A DNA stretch of 64,000 nucleotides from Yuukianura sp. NJ FZ-2021 (taxonomy: Eukaryota), in the NCBI GenBank assembly GCA_046563655.1, contig CM102286.1, positions 7,068,001 to 7,132,000 of the forward strand, written 5' to 3'. Each line of letters starts with the position of its first letter. The first letter of the stretch is position 1. The notes below the pieces were generated by a model that saw only the letters and a program-made list of their open reading frames with translations, ran no database searches and was not told where the DNA came from. Shown one piece after another: positions 10,532 through 23,885 of this stretch. A program made the position numbers and the translations under genes.

Positions 10532-12737
10532 AAACGGAAACATCGAATTCCAAAATATTATGAATAGTTTCTATACACACAGATTATTATCTTTTGCTTT
10601 AAATCATCTTCTTTTGAAACATGAAACATTTATCGTCTGTTTGCTGTTTTCAATAAAAATTGATTCTATTGAGCTAACAATGCGGTAATAATAAAAGGGT
10701 CATGAGAAACATGAAATCGCAAATTACATTTTTACTATACAGGCGTAACTTTTCTACAAAAAAAAGTTGTGGGTAAAAAAAACACTGCTTGTGAAAGTTT
10801 ACCTGGTTCTGATCACAGCGATTGTCCAAATACGATGACGAAAGAAGCGATGCTTAGTCTTTAACTTAAGTTATTAATGATTCGACCTGTAGTATAATAT
10901 TGACCGAAAGTTTCGACTCAATTTGAGACTGAATAAAAGTATGGATGAGCAAATGGCTGATGACATTCCCGGATAAAATTATATTTATGCCGGCTTATTA
11001 TATTACTATAAAATATTTTATATATTTATTTCATTGTATATTCATACTAGTTTTGTCTGTCTTATTTAATTGTCAAGCACAATGTTCAACCTCAATTTTC
11101 AGTAAATTTTCAGTCATCATCGCAACTTTCTACGTCAGTATAAGTTTTATTTTTCTAGGCAATATAAAGCACATGTCATACATAGTTCCGTTTTCGAGGT
11201 TGTGATAGTTATACGGGTTCCCCAAATATCGTAGCTAAATTGCCGTTTCGTTTCGTAAATGTCGAATGGAACAACCACTAATTAAATTACAAACGAAAAG
11301 TTGCGCTGTTACAATTTTTACGAAACGTGGATGCATGCGGAGGTGATGAGAGGTTGTTTGTAGGCTGAAGCGACGCGTTTTTGAGGTTGTTGTTAGTTGC
11401 AAGTTGCAACTAACCTAAGAGGTTATGGTGCGCATGCTCCATACGATATCTGAAAAACCTCCCACATCCGCACCGCACCTCATAAGCTCCAAGCAGTTCT
11501 GACGAAGAGAACGAGCGAGTAGGTTAAAACCAGAAAGAAAAAGAAGGGAATAAGTTGTTCTGAATCTGTTACACACAAAAACCTATAAACTTTCGTTTCG
11601 TCTGAAACCAAAGATTTTGAGTGGAATTCGAGAGTTCGAGGTCATCAAACTTCATCTTTTTCATCGTGCTTTCACCTGTATCATTGTAAGTTACAAGATT
11701 GGATATCAATTTCATACTTGAGTTTACCATTAAATTTAGTCATTGAAATGTGTTAACAGAAGAGATTTCGTAAACTGCAATTCCATTCCACTTCCTATAA
11801 CGGCATACCGCATGTCCGTGCTCCCCTCCTTTTGTAACTGCTTGTTGAGACATAGCGTTTAGGCTACGCTTGAGGTGGTGGTGGTGGTAGATTAGGCCGA
11901 GGAGAGAGTAAAGTTCTGTCCCTATCTTCCGAACTGAAATTCATTTCGAACGAGGACGAGGCACCACAAGGGAACTGATGCAAAAAGCAGCCTGCCCGAA
12001 CCTCTTTTCACAATCCACAACCTTTGGGCCAGAATCAATTCTACACAGAACTTCAGCATGAGGAAGATCTTTAGTAACGCCGTGCCATAAGCATGATGAA
12101 TGAGTAACAGAGACGATGAGTGGGTTTTAAGAGCTGCGGCATTGCTAAATGTAAATTTGGCATCGGCTGACTCATAAGCAGCAAATAGTAATCTTCAGCA
12201 AATAAAGAATACCCTTATTTGTTACAAAAGAAGGGTACCCGGAACATAGAATTGGAAGTTAAATAAAATATAAGTAACTCAAGTACTTCTCAAGAAATAA
12301 ACAAAGTTCCCACTTCCCACTGACAAAAAGAAAACTCCAAAAACTAAAAATAAAAAATTTAATACAGAAAATTAAGATTGTGACTGTGAGTGAAACATTG
12401 GATATTAAACATTAACTTTTTAATTTGTTGTAAATTTTGTGTAATACGTACTCGTTTTATTATCTATTTCTTATTGTACAATCGCGAGGTATAAAGTTTT
12501 CACTTGTAGCCCAACAAAATTCTGGATTAGTATAGTAGTAGGTTTGATGTTAGTTGTTTCTATAACTTTAGCACTGTACAATGTTTTACCGCTAAATTTC
12601 GCTAACTTAACTTAAAAATATACACTATAACTTAAATCAGCCGAACTGTTTAACCTACCTACAACGCCCGAGTAATATCAAGAAAGTGACATACGCCCCC
12701 AAGCCTGAACCACCAAACCATTCTGGCAATTTAAATA

Positions 12738-13524
12738 CCGTATTTCCTTGACTATAAGCCGCACTCGTGTATAAGCCGCACCAAGAAATTCTCAAAAATA
12801 CCTTAATAGCGCGAAAAACCTGTAGTTTAAAGTTAAGAACTGAGATTTCACACCTGGTTTCTTACTCTTGCGGTCAAGTTAATTTCTACATCAGTATAAC
12901 TCATAAGTTTTTAACGATGGATGTGACAGTCTTTCCAAAATGAAAAAAAAGAGACGGTCACTACGTAAGAAAACGCCAAAATGGCCTGAGCTAGAACGGC
13001 AATTGAGCAAATGGATTAGGGACAGGCGTGACATGAAAGCCCGGGTTCATGAAACGAAACAACTTCTCAATCCGGTGCAGAACCTCCGTTGGTCAGCCAC
13101 TGCCAGAAGACTGGTCAGAAAAGTTGGAACTTTTTCGCGCTTATGTGGCTGAAAAGAAGTGTCTGGGGTCAATCTCCACAAAAAACATGTTCAACATGGA
13201 CGAAGTTCCGTGTCAATTTGATTTGCCTGGCACCAGAACCATCGCTGAAACGGGTCAAAAGGATGTCACATTGGTTACCACTGGCTCTGAGAAAAAAAGT
13301 TTCACGGTAATCTTGGCCGTAAGTGCTGAAGGGGAGAAATTGGTGGGATGGATTTGATGAATTAACACTAGATTAGAACAGTTTAACGTAGAGTCTAGTA
13401 CGTTTTCACACAATTCCTACTCTTGATTAAAAAAATCTGTAGTTTTCAGGAAAAGAGAAATTTTTTTTTCAAAATTTTCCGAAATTTCTTAGATATGCCG
13501 CGGCTTGTAGTCAAGGAAATACGG
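12738..13524 (+). mobile_element. Internally deleted pogo/Tc2-type DNA transposon (787 bp) with transposase fragments
   Basis: 25-bp TIRs CCGTATTTCCTTGACTA(T/C)AAGCCGC with one mismatch and TA target duplication. CENP-B-type HTH fragment (KWPELERQLSKWI) and DDE_1 start (MKRNNFSIR...NMDEVP...TTGSEKKSFTVILAVSAEGEKL) lie in different frames; remainder deleted. Confidence 0.9.
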
Positions 13525-14150
13525 TAACTCCACATATATTAGCTCATGTACAAAATCTAAAATATTGGCTGGGAAGTCGTTTGTACGTTTCTCCCCGCAG
13601 TCTATAAACGCCAAGTGTCGGCAACTAAACGCCCAAATTCCGTTGCGGATCTTAAACCAGTTTCTACAAAAACGTTCCTACGACCCCAGTATCTCGTTTA
13701 ATAGGGAGATCTATCTTACCGTACTTATCTATCTTATCTTACCGAGTTAGGAGCATTACCGGTATATTCCGCAATAACATAAATATTTCTACATTGATTG
13801 AGATTGAGATAGACAAGTTCGAATGCGTTAGAAAGCCCTCAACCATTTCGATCACTCACGCGCGTTTATGTAAATTGTTGTTCGTGTTTTATACTAATCG
13901 ATGTTCAACCTGAATGGGTACTTTGAGGGATACCTATCAGTCAGAGGTTTCTAGTTCAGAACAACACCTTGTTTCAATGTCAGCGTGCTATAATCTCAAC
14001 TACAGTTACTTATAGTTACATTTTCGTTGACATACATATTTTGAACATAGTATATTATTTAAAACCAAGTTTATTTTGTTTTATTTTATTTTTTAGGGCA
14101 TAACTTGCGTCAACAAAATCTTGGCGCAGAGTCATACGAATTTTAAAACA

Positions 14151-17100
14151 ATGGAGGGACCTACTTCCTCCTGTCTTGTCTGCAACCAGGCATTTTCCCT
14201 GCCGACGACGCCACAAGATTTCAAAAAATTCTTGTACAAGTTAGAAGACTTAAGTCAAGCTGAACATTGTTTTGCCACCAACTTCGGCCTTAGTCCTGAA
14301 GAAAGAGCTCGGGCGTCGTTTATTAAACCGAATTCGTTTCCATTCTGTCCCGATTGTACACCGTTGGTACAGAACATGGTAATGTTGCAAACGAGCTTAA
14401 CTGAAATGGAAAACAAACTGTCCTGCGCCAGACGCGAAATTGCCGGTAAAATCGTAAACTCTTTCGCGTATACGATGGATGAATGTCCTTTCTTCACGAT
14501 GAAAAACCTTATTTTTGAAAGTAAGTCTCACATGTAAAACTATAACTTGAGTAATTTTTTATAATAGCATTGTCCAAATACTGAGATTCGGGTTGGTTGG
14601 AGACATAAGCATTGTTAAGAATATCTTGAGATATACATAATAATTTAAGAATTAAGGAATTGCATTAATCTATAATCCGAACTCCCGATGTTTCATTAAT
14701 TTGGCTGCTATTATTATGTAACCTATACAATTTTGAATACGAAAAAATTTCTTTGGATGATTTGTACTTATTTTATCTTTTTATCGTCTTCCCAGAATGG
14801 TTCCACCAATTGGAGCAGTTTCATGAAGAAGAGGAGCCGGTTCCCATTCTTGAGCCACAGACTTCTATTGGACAGGAAGTTACTACGCCTTCCTTGTCGC
14901 CGTCATCATTACAGATAAAACCGTAATTAATTTAAACATTATGAACGTTTAACGATTCTGACATTCCCAGAAATAGAAACGGGTAATAGTTTTGTAACTT
15001 ATGAATGTGAAGCGACGGGCATTCACATTGCCATAAACTCGAACCTTTCGAACACATTTAGATTCTAACGATAAGTTACCACATATGACTATGATTAAGG
15101 TTTCTTAGACCACCTTTTACTTTAATCAACTTTAACTTTTGTTTCTGTTTTTTTTTTACTTTTAATAGTCGAGGAGTTTCGCGGGAAGTGACAATTCTGA
15201 AACGGAAAGGCAAGGGAGACAAGATGCCAATTTCCATCGACGAGGAGGAAGTGGAAGAAGTCACTTGCGCAATTTGCAACAAAATTTATCGTTCCAAGGA
15301 GTACCTCAGTTTACACATGAGAACGCACACAGGTAAATGCCAAAAAAAATTCTTTTAGCTTACCCTGAACCAAAATATGTTGTACTTGGCTAAAACGATT
15401 TTTATCAATTTTTAGTTGTTCAATTACAATAGTTTCAATTTTCAATGTTTAATAGGTGGTACTAGGCCTTATGGATGTGATTTTTGCGAGAAATCATTTT
15501 TCGGGCTATCCACACTCAAGAAGCACATAAAAACTAAGCATACATATTCATCACCACCAGACGACAGCCAGTTTCATTTGGAAGAGGAATCGGATTTCAA
15601 TGCAATTCCAATGTCAATTGATACTGAAGTGACAACTGTCACAATGGCGGATGGCCAACAGGCACATTTAATCATTGGACGGCCAATTGAGCCTGATGAG
15701 CCGCCGACCTCTGTTTTGTATGACACAGACACAAGACGCGTGGGATTTGACAAAATAATTGCGACGTATCAGCAAGAGCTTGAATTTAACCAATACCAGA
15801 TCAGTAAACCTATGAAAAGTTGCGAGGTTAGTGATCAAACAAAGTTCAAAAAAAAAAAATTAAGACAACATAATTGATTATTTCTATATTTTTTTTAGCT
15901 CTGCGGCAAGGGATTTGCAAATAAAGTAACACTGACCAAGCACATTCGAACTGTACATTTGAAGACAATCAAAGTTCAATGTCCAATTTGTAAAATGACG
16001 ACCAGGGACCACTACAATTTAGCAAAGCACTTGCTAAGCCATGATACAAAATTGACCAAACTGGTCTACAATTGTCCAGTTTGCGGCGACGGCTTCGTGC
16101 TCAGGAAGGAGTTCCAGTATCATTTTAAGAAGTGTCATAAACTTGACAAAGGCTATCCAAAACCGATAATCCGGGCACTGGAGGAACATGAAGAGCTCAA
16201 CATGCCAATTACACAGGAAGAAACTGCAGAAGAACCACCATCGACTTCTACTTGTACCACCGAAGTACCATTGACTTCTACTAGTTCTACTGCAACCCAT
16301 GCTACACCAGAAATAAGTCCGTCACCAACGGTAGCTAGGAATATTGAAAATATGGAAACACCTATAAAATTGGAATCACTGGAAGTTGATGAGCCATCGG
16401 TACTTCCGGGACCAAACGCAACACAAAATGTCGACCTCGGTGACTCCATTGCTGCATCTAATAAGGAAACAGAAAATATGGACACAAGCGAAACCATTGC
16501 TGCAGCAAATATGGAAAGTGAAACCATTGCTGCAGCAAATATGGAAAGTGAAACCATTGCTGCAGCAGATGTGGAGACTGAAGCCATTGCTGCAGTAACT
16601 TTGGATACGGAAACCATTGCTGCAGCAAATATGGAGACTGAAACCAATGCTGCAGCAAATATGGAGACTGAATCAGTCACAGATGCAACATCAAATGTCA
16701 ATTTGAACAGAAAGAAAAAACGAAAACGTCGAGCCATCATCTCCTACATGCCGAGAAATCGTCTCCTTAAAAATCGAAAGCGTCTAGAGGCAATCAAGCA
16801 GTTCTATGCCAAATCTGCAGCAACTGTTGCAAAAGCTTCAGATAATGTTTCACCCACTGCAAATTCCTCTACACTGCCCGCTAACCAATCAGAGCCCTCC
16901 ACCGAGTCTGTTTCAAATCTTGAGCGAGACCAAGATCAAATCCTAATTCAAAATGTTCAGAAGAGTCAACCAGCCTGGAAAAATTACAATTTCAGTTGCT
17001 TTCTCCAGCTTTCAAGGTTAGAGACTGTCGGGGTCAACCCTGGTGAAGCCAAACAATCAATTTCTACAAACGCGGAGACAAATAATACCGGAAGTCCAGG

Positions 17101-19057
17101 CATAGTTCCTAATGAGATTTCTACTTCAACCAAAGTACAGTCATCAGATCAAACTAAACGTAATTCCAAGACGTATGGCCCCAAGTCTAAAATTCAGTCT
17201 CAAATGAACAAGCCATTAACACCGCAGAGCGTAAAAGCGAGTAGCAAAACCATTGCCCCATCCTCGAACCCTGCATCGGAGTCCAGTATCGAAAATGCCA
17301 CTGACAACATACAAACGTCTTCAATTATTTCTCTTCAACCTAAATTAACTTCGTCTCAAACTGCGCCGGCGGAAAACAATGAAATGACTGGAAATCCTGG
17401 AGCAGCGTCAGTTTTGCAAACTTCCGAGTCTGAAAATCCTGAGATTAACGCAGAGAAACCGTCCAGCGAGCAGATGAAAAAAAGTGTTCCACCACTGTCA
17501 CTAACAAAAGTATGTGCCCTGTCACAGGGAAATCGTCGAGAAATATGGGTGACCACTCGAAAAGACTCGAAAGTCAAGTCATCCCCAAAACTGTTCACTT
17601 TGCTCAGCCGAGATAAGAAATTGAGCATTTTGCAAAACGCGTTCTATAAAAACGGTAAACCAGCCACTATATCGCCTGCTGCTGCTGCACAAATACCAAT
17701 CCCAGCTCCGGTTCGTGTTGCCCCAAAGGTCAATTCCGCACCTTCAAGTAAAACAACAGTACCGGTTTCGATGCCGTATTCCTATGTTGTGGGCACAGGG
17801 GGTGGGGGATTGTACTTACAAGCTCAGCCTAAGAAAAGCTTAAGCCCAGCTAGATATCCGCTTCCAAACAAGCATCTAGCTCAAATTGCGAAATCTTTCA
17901 AGCAACGTAAGCGGTTTTGCACAGGGGCGCGAACTACCGCTTCCAATGACACAAGTTTCACTAATCAGCAGCTAAACCAGCAAACGTCCAAACCAACTTT
18001 TCAAAAAGTAGCGCCAGCTGAAAACTCGTGGTCACCGCCTGGGCCCATTATTCAAAGTACACACTCATTGGCTGGCCAACTTCAACTTAACCAAACGCCT
18101 ACAATCAATGTAGTAACTACGCGATCTACTCCTGTAATTACTCAAGTGTCGGGGTCGCTTGCACAGAATTCTGTGAATGTCGCTTCAGATGTAAGAGCGT
18201 CAAGTACAAGTTCCGTTCTCCAGGCTCAGAATTCTCCACATATTCAAGCTTTATTGCGAAACGCAAACATAGCTGTTTCTGTAGTCGATAAAGACTCGGA
18301 TACCGGAAGTAGTTTCCCGTCGGAAATCAATGCACCTTTGCAACAGCCAAACCTTGACCCCTTACATTCAGGTATTCGGGTGGTTCAAATTGAAGAAGTG
18401 CTGAAAGGCAGCACGCAGACTCAAAATTCTGTTTCATCGCCAGTTCCAAAGAGGAAGTTCGTGTTGACAAACTTGAATATGTCCCGAAGAGTCGAACCCC
18501 GCTTGGAAGTCACTCCTGTTGCAACAACAAATAGCAGTAACGTGGCGGCGGTCAATTCAAACCAAGCCGAACAGCGACTGGACACAGGTTTAATTCGGTT
18601 GAGAAATTTAGACAGTCTTAGAGAAATGGACGTCGAAACGGAAGATGCTGAATTACAACAACCAAACTTGGCGGTAGGTTCAGTTCGGTTTCATTATGGT
18701 TTAACAAATAACAACAACGTACGGAAACCAATCACTGCAATTCGCATCGGGTCGCAGCCCTTCACGAGTTTCAGACCTAATCGACCTTTCTCCAATAAGG
18801 AAAGCACGCCGATTATGAGATACAGTGAGCACATACGCATACGTAACCAACAACAACGCCAAGTTTCACCAGTGGCTGTACGACCAATCGTAGTTCAACC
18901 AGCTCCAGCGAGGAACGCTGGTTGGGTTCCAGTTCAGCGACTTCAGCGAATGCCGTCAGGAAATGCAGCGCAGTCGCCAGGACTTGGTTCCGGCCCACGG
19001 ACTTCCTTTTTGAGCTCCATATTGCAACGCAATTCTACATCCAATCCAAAACAATGA
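14151..19057 (+). CDS. C2H2 zinc-finger protein with N-terminal ZAD-like CxxC...CxxC module and long low-complexity C-terminus (multi-exon)
   Basis: CLVC...CPDC; five C2H2 fingers (CAIC..HMRTH, CDFC..HIKTKH, CELC..HIRTVH, CPIC..HLLSH, CPVC..HFKKCH); NLS-like RKKKRKRR; terminal exon of more than 3 kb. Confidence 0.85.
16472..16672 (+). repeat. Coding 30-bp minisatellite, about 6 copies (10-aa unit ETIAAANMES/T)
   Basis: gaaaccattgctgcagcaaatatgga unit repeated at a 30-bp period. Confidence 0.9.
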
Positions 19058-19273
19058 GAGGTTACAGCCACTCTTTTTACACAAAATATTTATGACATTT
19101 AGATTTAGTATTTGGCATATATTGTTGTAATTGGTTCTTTTATTAATCTGCTCAGTAGGATGCATTATCAAACAACCAATAAAATACCTCTTTGTTAAGT
19201 ATTTGTGACACAGGATTTGTAAGATTTACATTTGGTATTGGTATTTGATTTCAAAATTTCATCTTACGATTGA

Positions 19274-20585
19274 TTAGTCAAATTTCTCAGCACAATGGAG
19301 AATGTAATCGACTGTGTGCGATTTTTTGAGACCAACTGAAATTTGAAACGCTTGTGAGACAGTGTTCTTAATGTCGACGCTGCAACACGGAACATATCCG
19401 TCTCTTCCCAGAGACGCAATCAAATCCCGCATGCACAATTTTGCAAGTCCGCGTCTCCGATATTCCGGTAAAGTGTGCAACATTGCCAGAAATCCTGTAC
19501 CGTTGAAGATGATACCACTAACGATTTCACCATTCACGAAAACTCCTCTGCTTTCATTCCGTTCAAGCATATTGCTAAAGTATTGGTCACAGTTCGGCGC
19601 AGCATGCTTCCATGTCTTCTTTAAAAATTCAACTCCCTGGACTGAATTCATAGATTTTACTTCAATGTCATCCCGATTCGTACTGCTCGAGGACAATGTC
19701 GCCGCAATTTCTGACTCCAGGTAGTAAAAGTAATCCGGGATAACCAAAGTAACATTACCGTTAACATTGCAACTGAGTTCATAAAATGGCCGTGAAATTG
19801 CTCGATCTAGAGTAGTAAAGTGGTAGGGTTTGTCCCAGTCAATAAGATTCGATTCCAGAAAAGCAGTTTTGACATCTTCTACGGAAAACACACTGAAGGG
19901 GTCCATTGGAGCTGAAATGCTTATGTCCTGTCCAAAATCCTTAAAAAATGTCAAAATCATAAAAATACCGCGTGCGGTGTTGAATTTTCAACATTCACGA
20001 ATTTACCTTAAAGCCGAATTAGAACTTTAAAAGATAAGATGGGACTAAAGAAAATTATCTTCTCAGAATTTTTTTTTAGAAAATAGAAATTAACGCTTGA
20101 AAATTCCTTTCAGCAGCATAAAAGTTAAAAATAAGAGAAAGTCGTTTTTCATAACTAATTTGTTAATTTTTGTTGACTGGATACAAAATGTTAGCTTCGG
20201 CTTAATACAACCAAGTTAGCTTACTTCTCGTTGGTAAATGACAAAAATCCAGGCGTCAGAATCCATGGTGTCAGGGTTTTTCCTTCCCATTCTGTAGAAT
20301 TGCATTTCTGCCTTGAATTTTGAATAGAACTTCGCCATGTTGAACACCTTAAATTAATATTCAAATGTGTTATTTAAGTATCCATTAATTACACTTCTCA
20401 CCGCCGCCAATGCCGCCGGCGACAAAGTTGCTAGTGCATTTTTAGTAAAAGCACTACGCGCATCATCCTGATTTTTGCTTTCATGTGAAACTTACGTTTG
20501 CTGATTTGGGAAGTCTGCGGCGCAACTCTTCTTGTAGGGAGCACACATTCTGGACCGGTGACAACGAAATCGAAACGGGACTCAT
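19274..20585 (-). CDS. GNAT-family acyltransferase (glycine N-acyltransferase / FR47-like), 3 exons
   Basis: Acetyl-CoA motif LAMLHTLPEYRRRGLAK and NTVSQAFQISVGL. Upstream exons MSPVSISL...LPKSAN and VFNMAKFY...YQRE splice in phase. Confidence 0.82.
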
Positions 20586-20943
20586 GATGTTAAATTTACA
20601 ATTAATAATTAACTAGGTGACATAGTACAATTATAAAACTGATGACTGACATACGCTGTTAAATTAAGACGATGATGAGGTTCTGATTTTGATAATTCGA
20701 TTTAATTCAGCCGGGCACAGGTTATAATTTTGAGTATCAATTCAGAGATGTCACAGATTTCACAAGTAGCAATTAGTTTAGATAAGGCGTAACAAAAAAA
20801 AGTACTAAATCATTTGAAACTAGTCCAAACTAATCCGTGAATTAGAAATTTTTAAGTAGTAACATCATAACATTTATTTATTTTGTTTGGTATAAGGACT
20901 CAGTTGCGGGTTATTAATTTGAGAACTAAAGATGATTGACCGG

Positions 20944-22461
20944 TTAACCTTTTCTAATACTCTCGGATTGACCGAGACCTTTGGGATGGATAGGACCAAA
21001 TGCAAAGCCGACAGGCACAAGCTGTCCATTTCTAATTTCAGTTTGACCGGTGTACACTCTTGCCACTGCGTTTGCTGCACGACTAAGTTGTCCCTCTCGA
21101 CGTAAGGTTGCCCAGCACTCATACCAGGAAGGATACTTGTGAGCGTACGGATAAGTTCCGATTGCAAGGCCAACATCGTTTACAATCATGTTGTTTGATA
21201 CGACCAGATATTGGTAGGCGACTGCACTAGCAACAAGCTAAGAAGCAAACATAAAGGTTAAAATCTGTTTATCAGTAATCGTTAGACTAATTTGTATGTG
21301 TTATTACCGAACCACCCATGCTTGTCAACTGGACATTGCTCTTTGAAATACGTTTTTTAACGATAAATACAAACGTTCCAACAACCACGACAGTCAATAC
21401 TTCATTAATGATTCGAGGAAGCAGACCTTTGAAAAAACCTGGAGGAACAGTAAATGCGAAATAATTACTTCAGCGTTTAGTCGAGAAACAAATGTAAATA
21501 CCAACAACCAACCATATTCAATTTTAATTTATACCTTACCCCAGATACCTTCATTTGTGAAAATTTCGACGATACTGCCCCAAAGTGATCTGTGTAAAAA
21601 AAAAGGGTTGTAAAAATGTTTACGTATGCAAAAACATGTGCCTCCAGGAAATCCGAATAAATTCTGCTTTCCTTACTCGTATTTTGTTTCTCTTCCCACA
21701 AATTGCGCCATGGAACGCACAGCAATAACATGAAACGGGTAGGATGCAGTAGTAGCGACACTAACTGAAACGCAGTTCCAGCTGAGGGTTTTGACGAATC
21801 CTTGAATATCTGGTGGAAGGAAGTCCAGCAATTTGGAAACTCGCTCGCATGTTGAAGTAAAAGCTGCCGTGCGTTTAACCTTCCCACCTTTTTCGTCAGA
21901 GATATCGTCTTGTGCGGGGCAAAGAGCATACATTTGATCGAGAACAAGCCAATTCACATTGGCACAACACAAGCGTGGAACCAATCCACGGTAACAACCC
22001 GAAAACCCGTCGACCGACTTGATGTACTTCACTGAAAATAAGAAAATAATATAAACAGCTTAACTTTACAATAAAACTGATCGTTTCTCATAAGAACAGG
22101 GATGTTTCCAGTTAATTGCAGATACGACTTCGACTTACGATAGGTAAGAATATTCGGCAGTCCTAAATACTTCTTTCGTAAGAAGAAACTCGTGGATTCG
22201 ATTGGGACAAATGGCTCATAACCTAGCTGTAAATAAAATTCATTAAGTAAATCATTAGTTTGTGTACGTTGCATTCACTCCCGTCTCTAAACGAAGAGTG
22301 AGCTTCGTAATTTTTGAAATTCGTTCGAACCTCTCTCTCTGTTACGTTACCTGAATGAGGACTTTCGCGTAATCAAGCGGCTGAGACACGGCAGCAAGCA
22401 GGTTTTTGAACGCAAGTGTTTTGAGTTCATGTTCTCTATCCATGATCCACTGAAACATCAT
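20944..22461 (-). CDS. MTCH2: Mitochondrial carrier homolog 2 (multi-exon)
   Basis: QPLDYAKVLIQLGYEP, YIKSVDGFSGCYRGLVPRL, SYPFHVIAVRSMAQFVGRETKY, GFFKGLLPR, YPSWYECW...EGQLSR, matching the MTCH family pattern. Confidence 0.9.
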
Positions 22462-23885
22462 CTTTCAGGTCAGGATCAGGTCGTGCCGCCGGTAATATAG
22501 TTACCTAATGCAACCGGAATGGTACTCGAATGTTCATCAAAACGCCAAATTTAATAGCGATTGAAGAAAACAATGATTTACTAACTACACACTAATATAT
22601 TTTGGTATTATTTGTAATTCTTCCCTAATAAATTGGTTAGTAAATAAAACACTATTTCATAATTTGTAATTTCTAATTTATTCCCTGCGCGATGAGGGTT
22701 GGAGTAAGGTGTAACATCTCTTAAATACAATTTGGGCTGGTACAATCACACACGTTTTTTACAGCCATTTTGAATGTTAAGCTAAGCCAACTCAATTGCC
22801 AGTGTATGTTAGGTTAAAATGGCGACACAAGTAAAGTGTAGCCACAAAAGATGGTTCGAGTTGGAACGCAGTGTGGTTACAATGACACTCATTACACCTT
22901 ACGTCTTAGCTTAATCGTTTCGTAGAAGTTTTCTGCTGCTAGCTAATCCTCGGAATTGCCGGAAAACACCGAAATCGCAAAATTGGTCAGATCAAGGTTC
23001 GTAAACAAGAATTAATTAACCTCTTGAGTACAAATTTACTCCGCCCCAGACCCGTTCAACCGTTCTACCGCTGGCGTCCTGCAAACAGTTTTTTCTTCAA
23101 AACTATTTCGTTGTTATAGCAACCTTGGGGCAGATGGTCGAAATTTTAAGTATTTTAAAGAAGCAGACGCGGCTTCGTGCGGTGGTGAGTTATACCGCGT
23201 CGGCCTCCTGCAAGCATTGCGTTTACGCAATAGTATCACTGTTTGTTTCCATACTGTCGCCGAGCGCCGTTTCCATCGGGCACACGGCACGCCTCTACAG
23301 CATAAAACTTACGTAGAATTTTATTACTACAATAAATTTCACTTACACCCTCATCTTTTTTGCAGAAATTGACGTCATTTGAAAAGTATTTGTATGCCAA
23401 CATCGAAGGATACAACAGAGCAGGTACTTTAGGATGCTACCTTCAATTTCAACAATCTAAACTGAATTAAGAAAAATCATAGGATCCGCTCACCCCACCC
23501 AAAATGTTTCGTTGCTTTGTTTGTGAACCAGGTGGGTATGCCTAAACGGCGTCAGCAGTAGCGACAAAGAGGCCTTCATCCTAACGCCCGAAATTCTGTG
23601 GATTAGAAACACCTCTCCTACGGCGATTGATTGTGCGGCCTGCCTTGTAATGTAATGTAAATGCCTTGCCGTGTCTGTCGTGTAGTAAGTACGTGTTCAG
23701 AGGGCTTAAAGTATTTTCATCAACAAAATCCTAAAGCTCGTGTGAGGAATTGACAGGTCAACGCTCAACGGGTCGACGTAAGTTATAGACGTTCATTTCC
23801 ATCGCAGTATTAAATTAGAGTTCAAGATGGCCGGTAAACGGGTTGCATACAGGATTTTTAAGTGTATTTTTATTTCTTCAACTAG

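Noticed and set aside
13563..13692. Possible mariner-like MITE next to the pogo element
   Set aside because: Inverted similarity is too weak to define termini.
16153..16740. 195-aa minus-strand ORF with hydrophobic repeats
   Set aside because: Antisense reading of the coding minisatellite in the zinc-finger gene.
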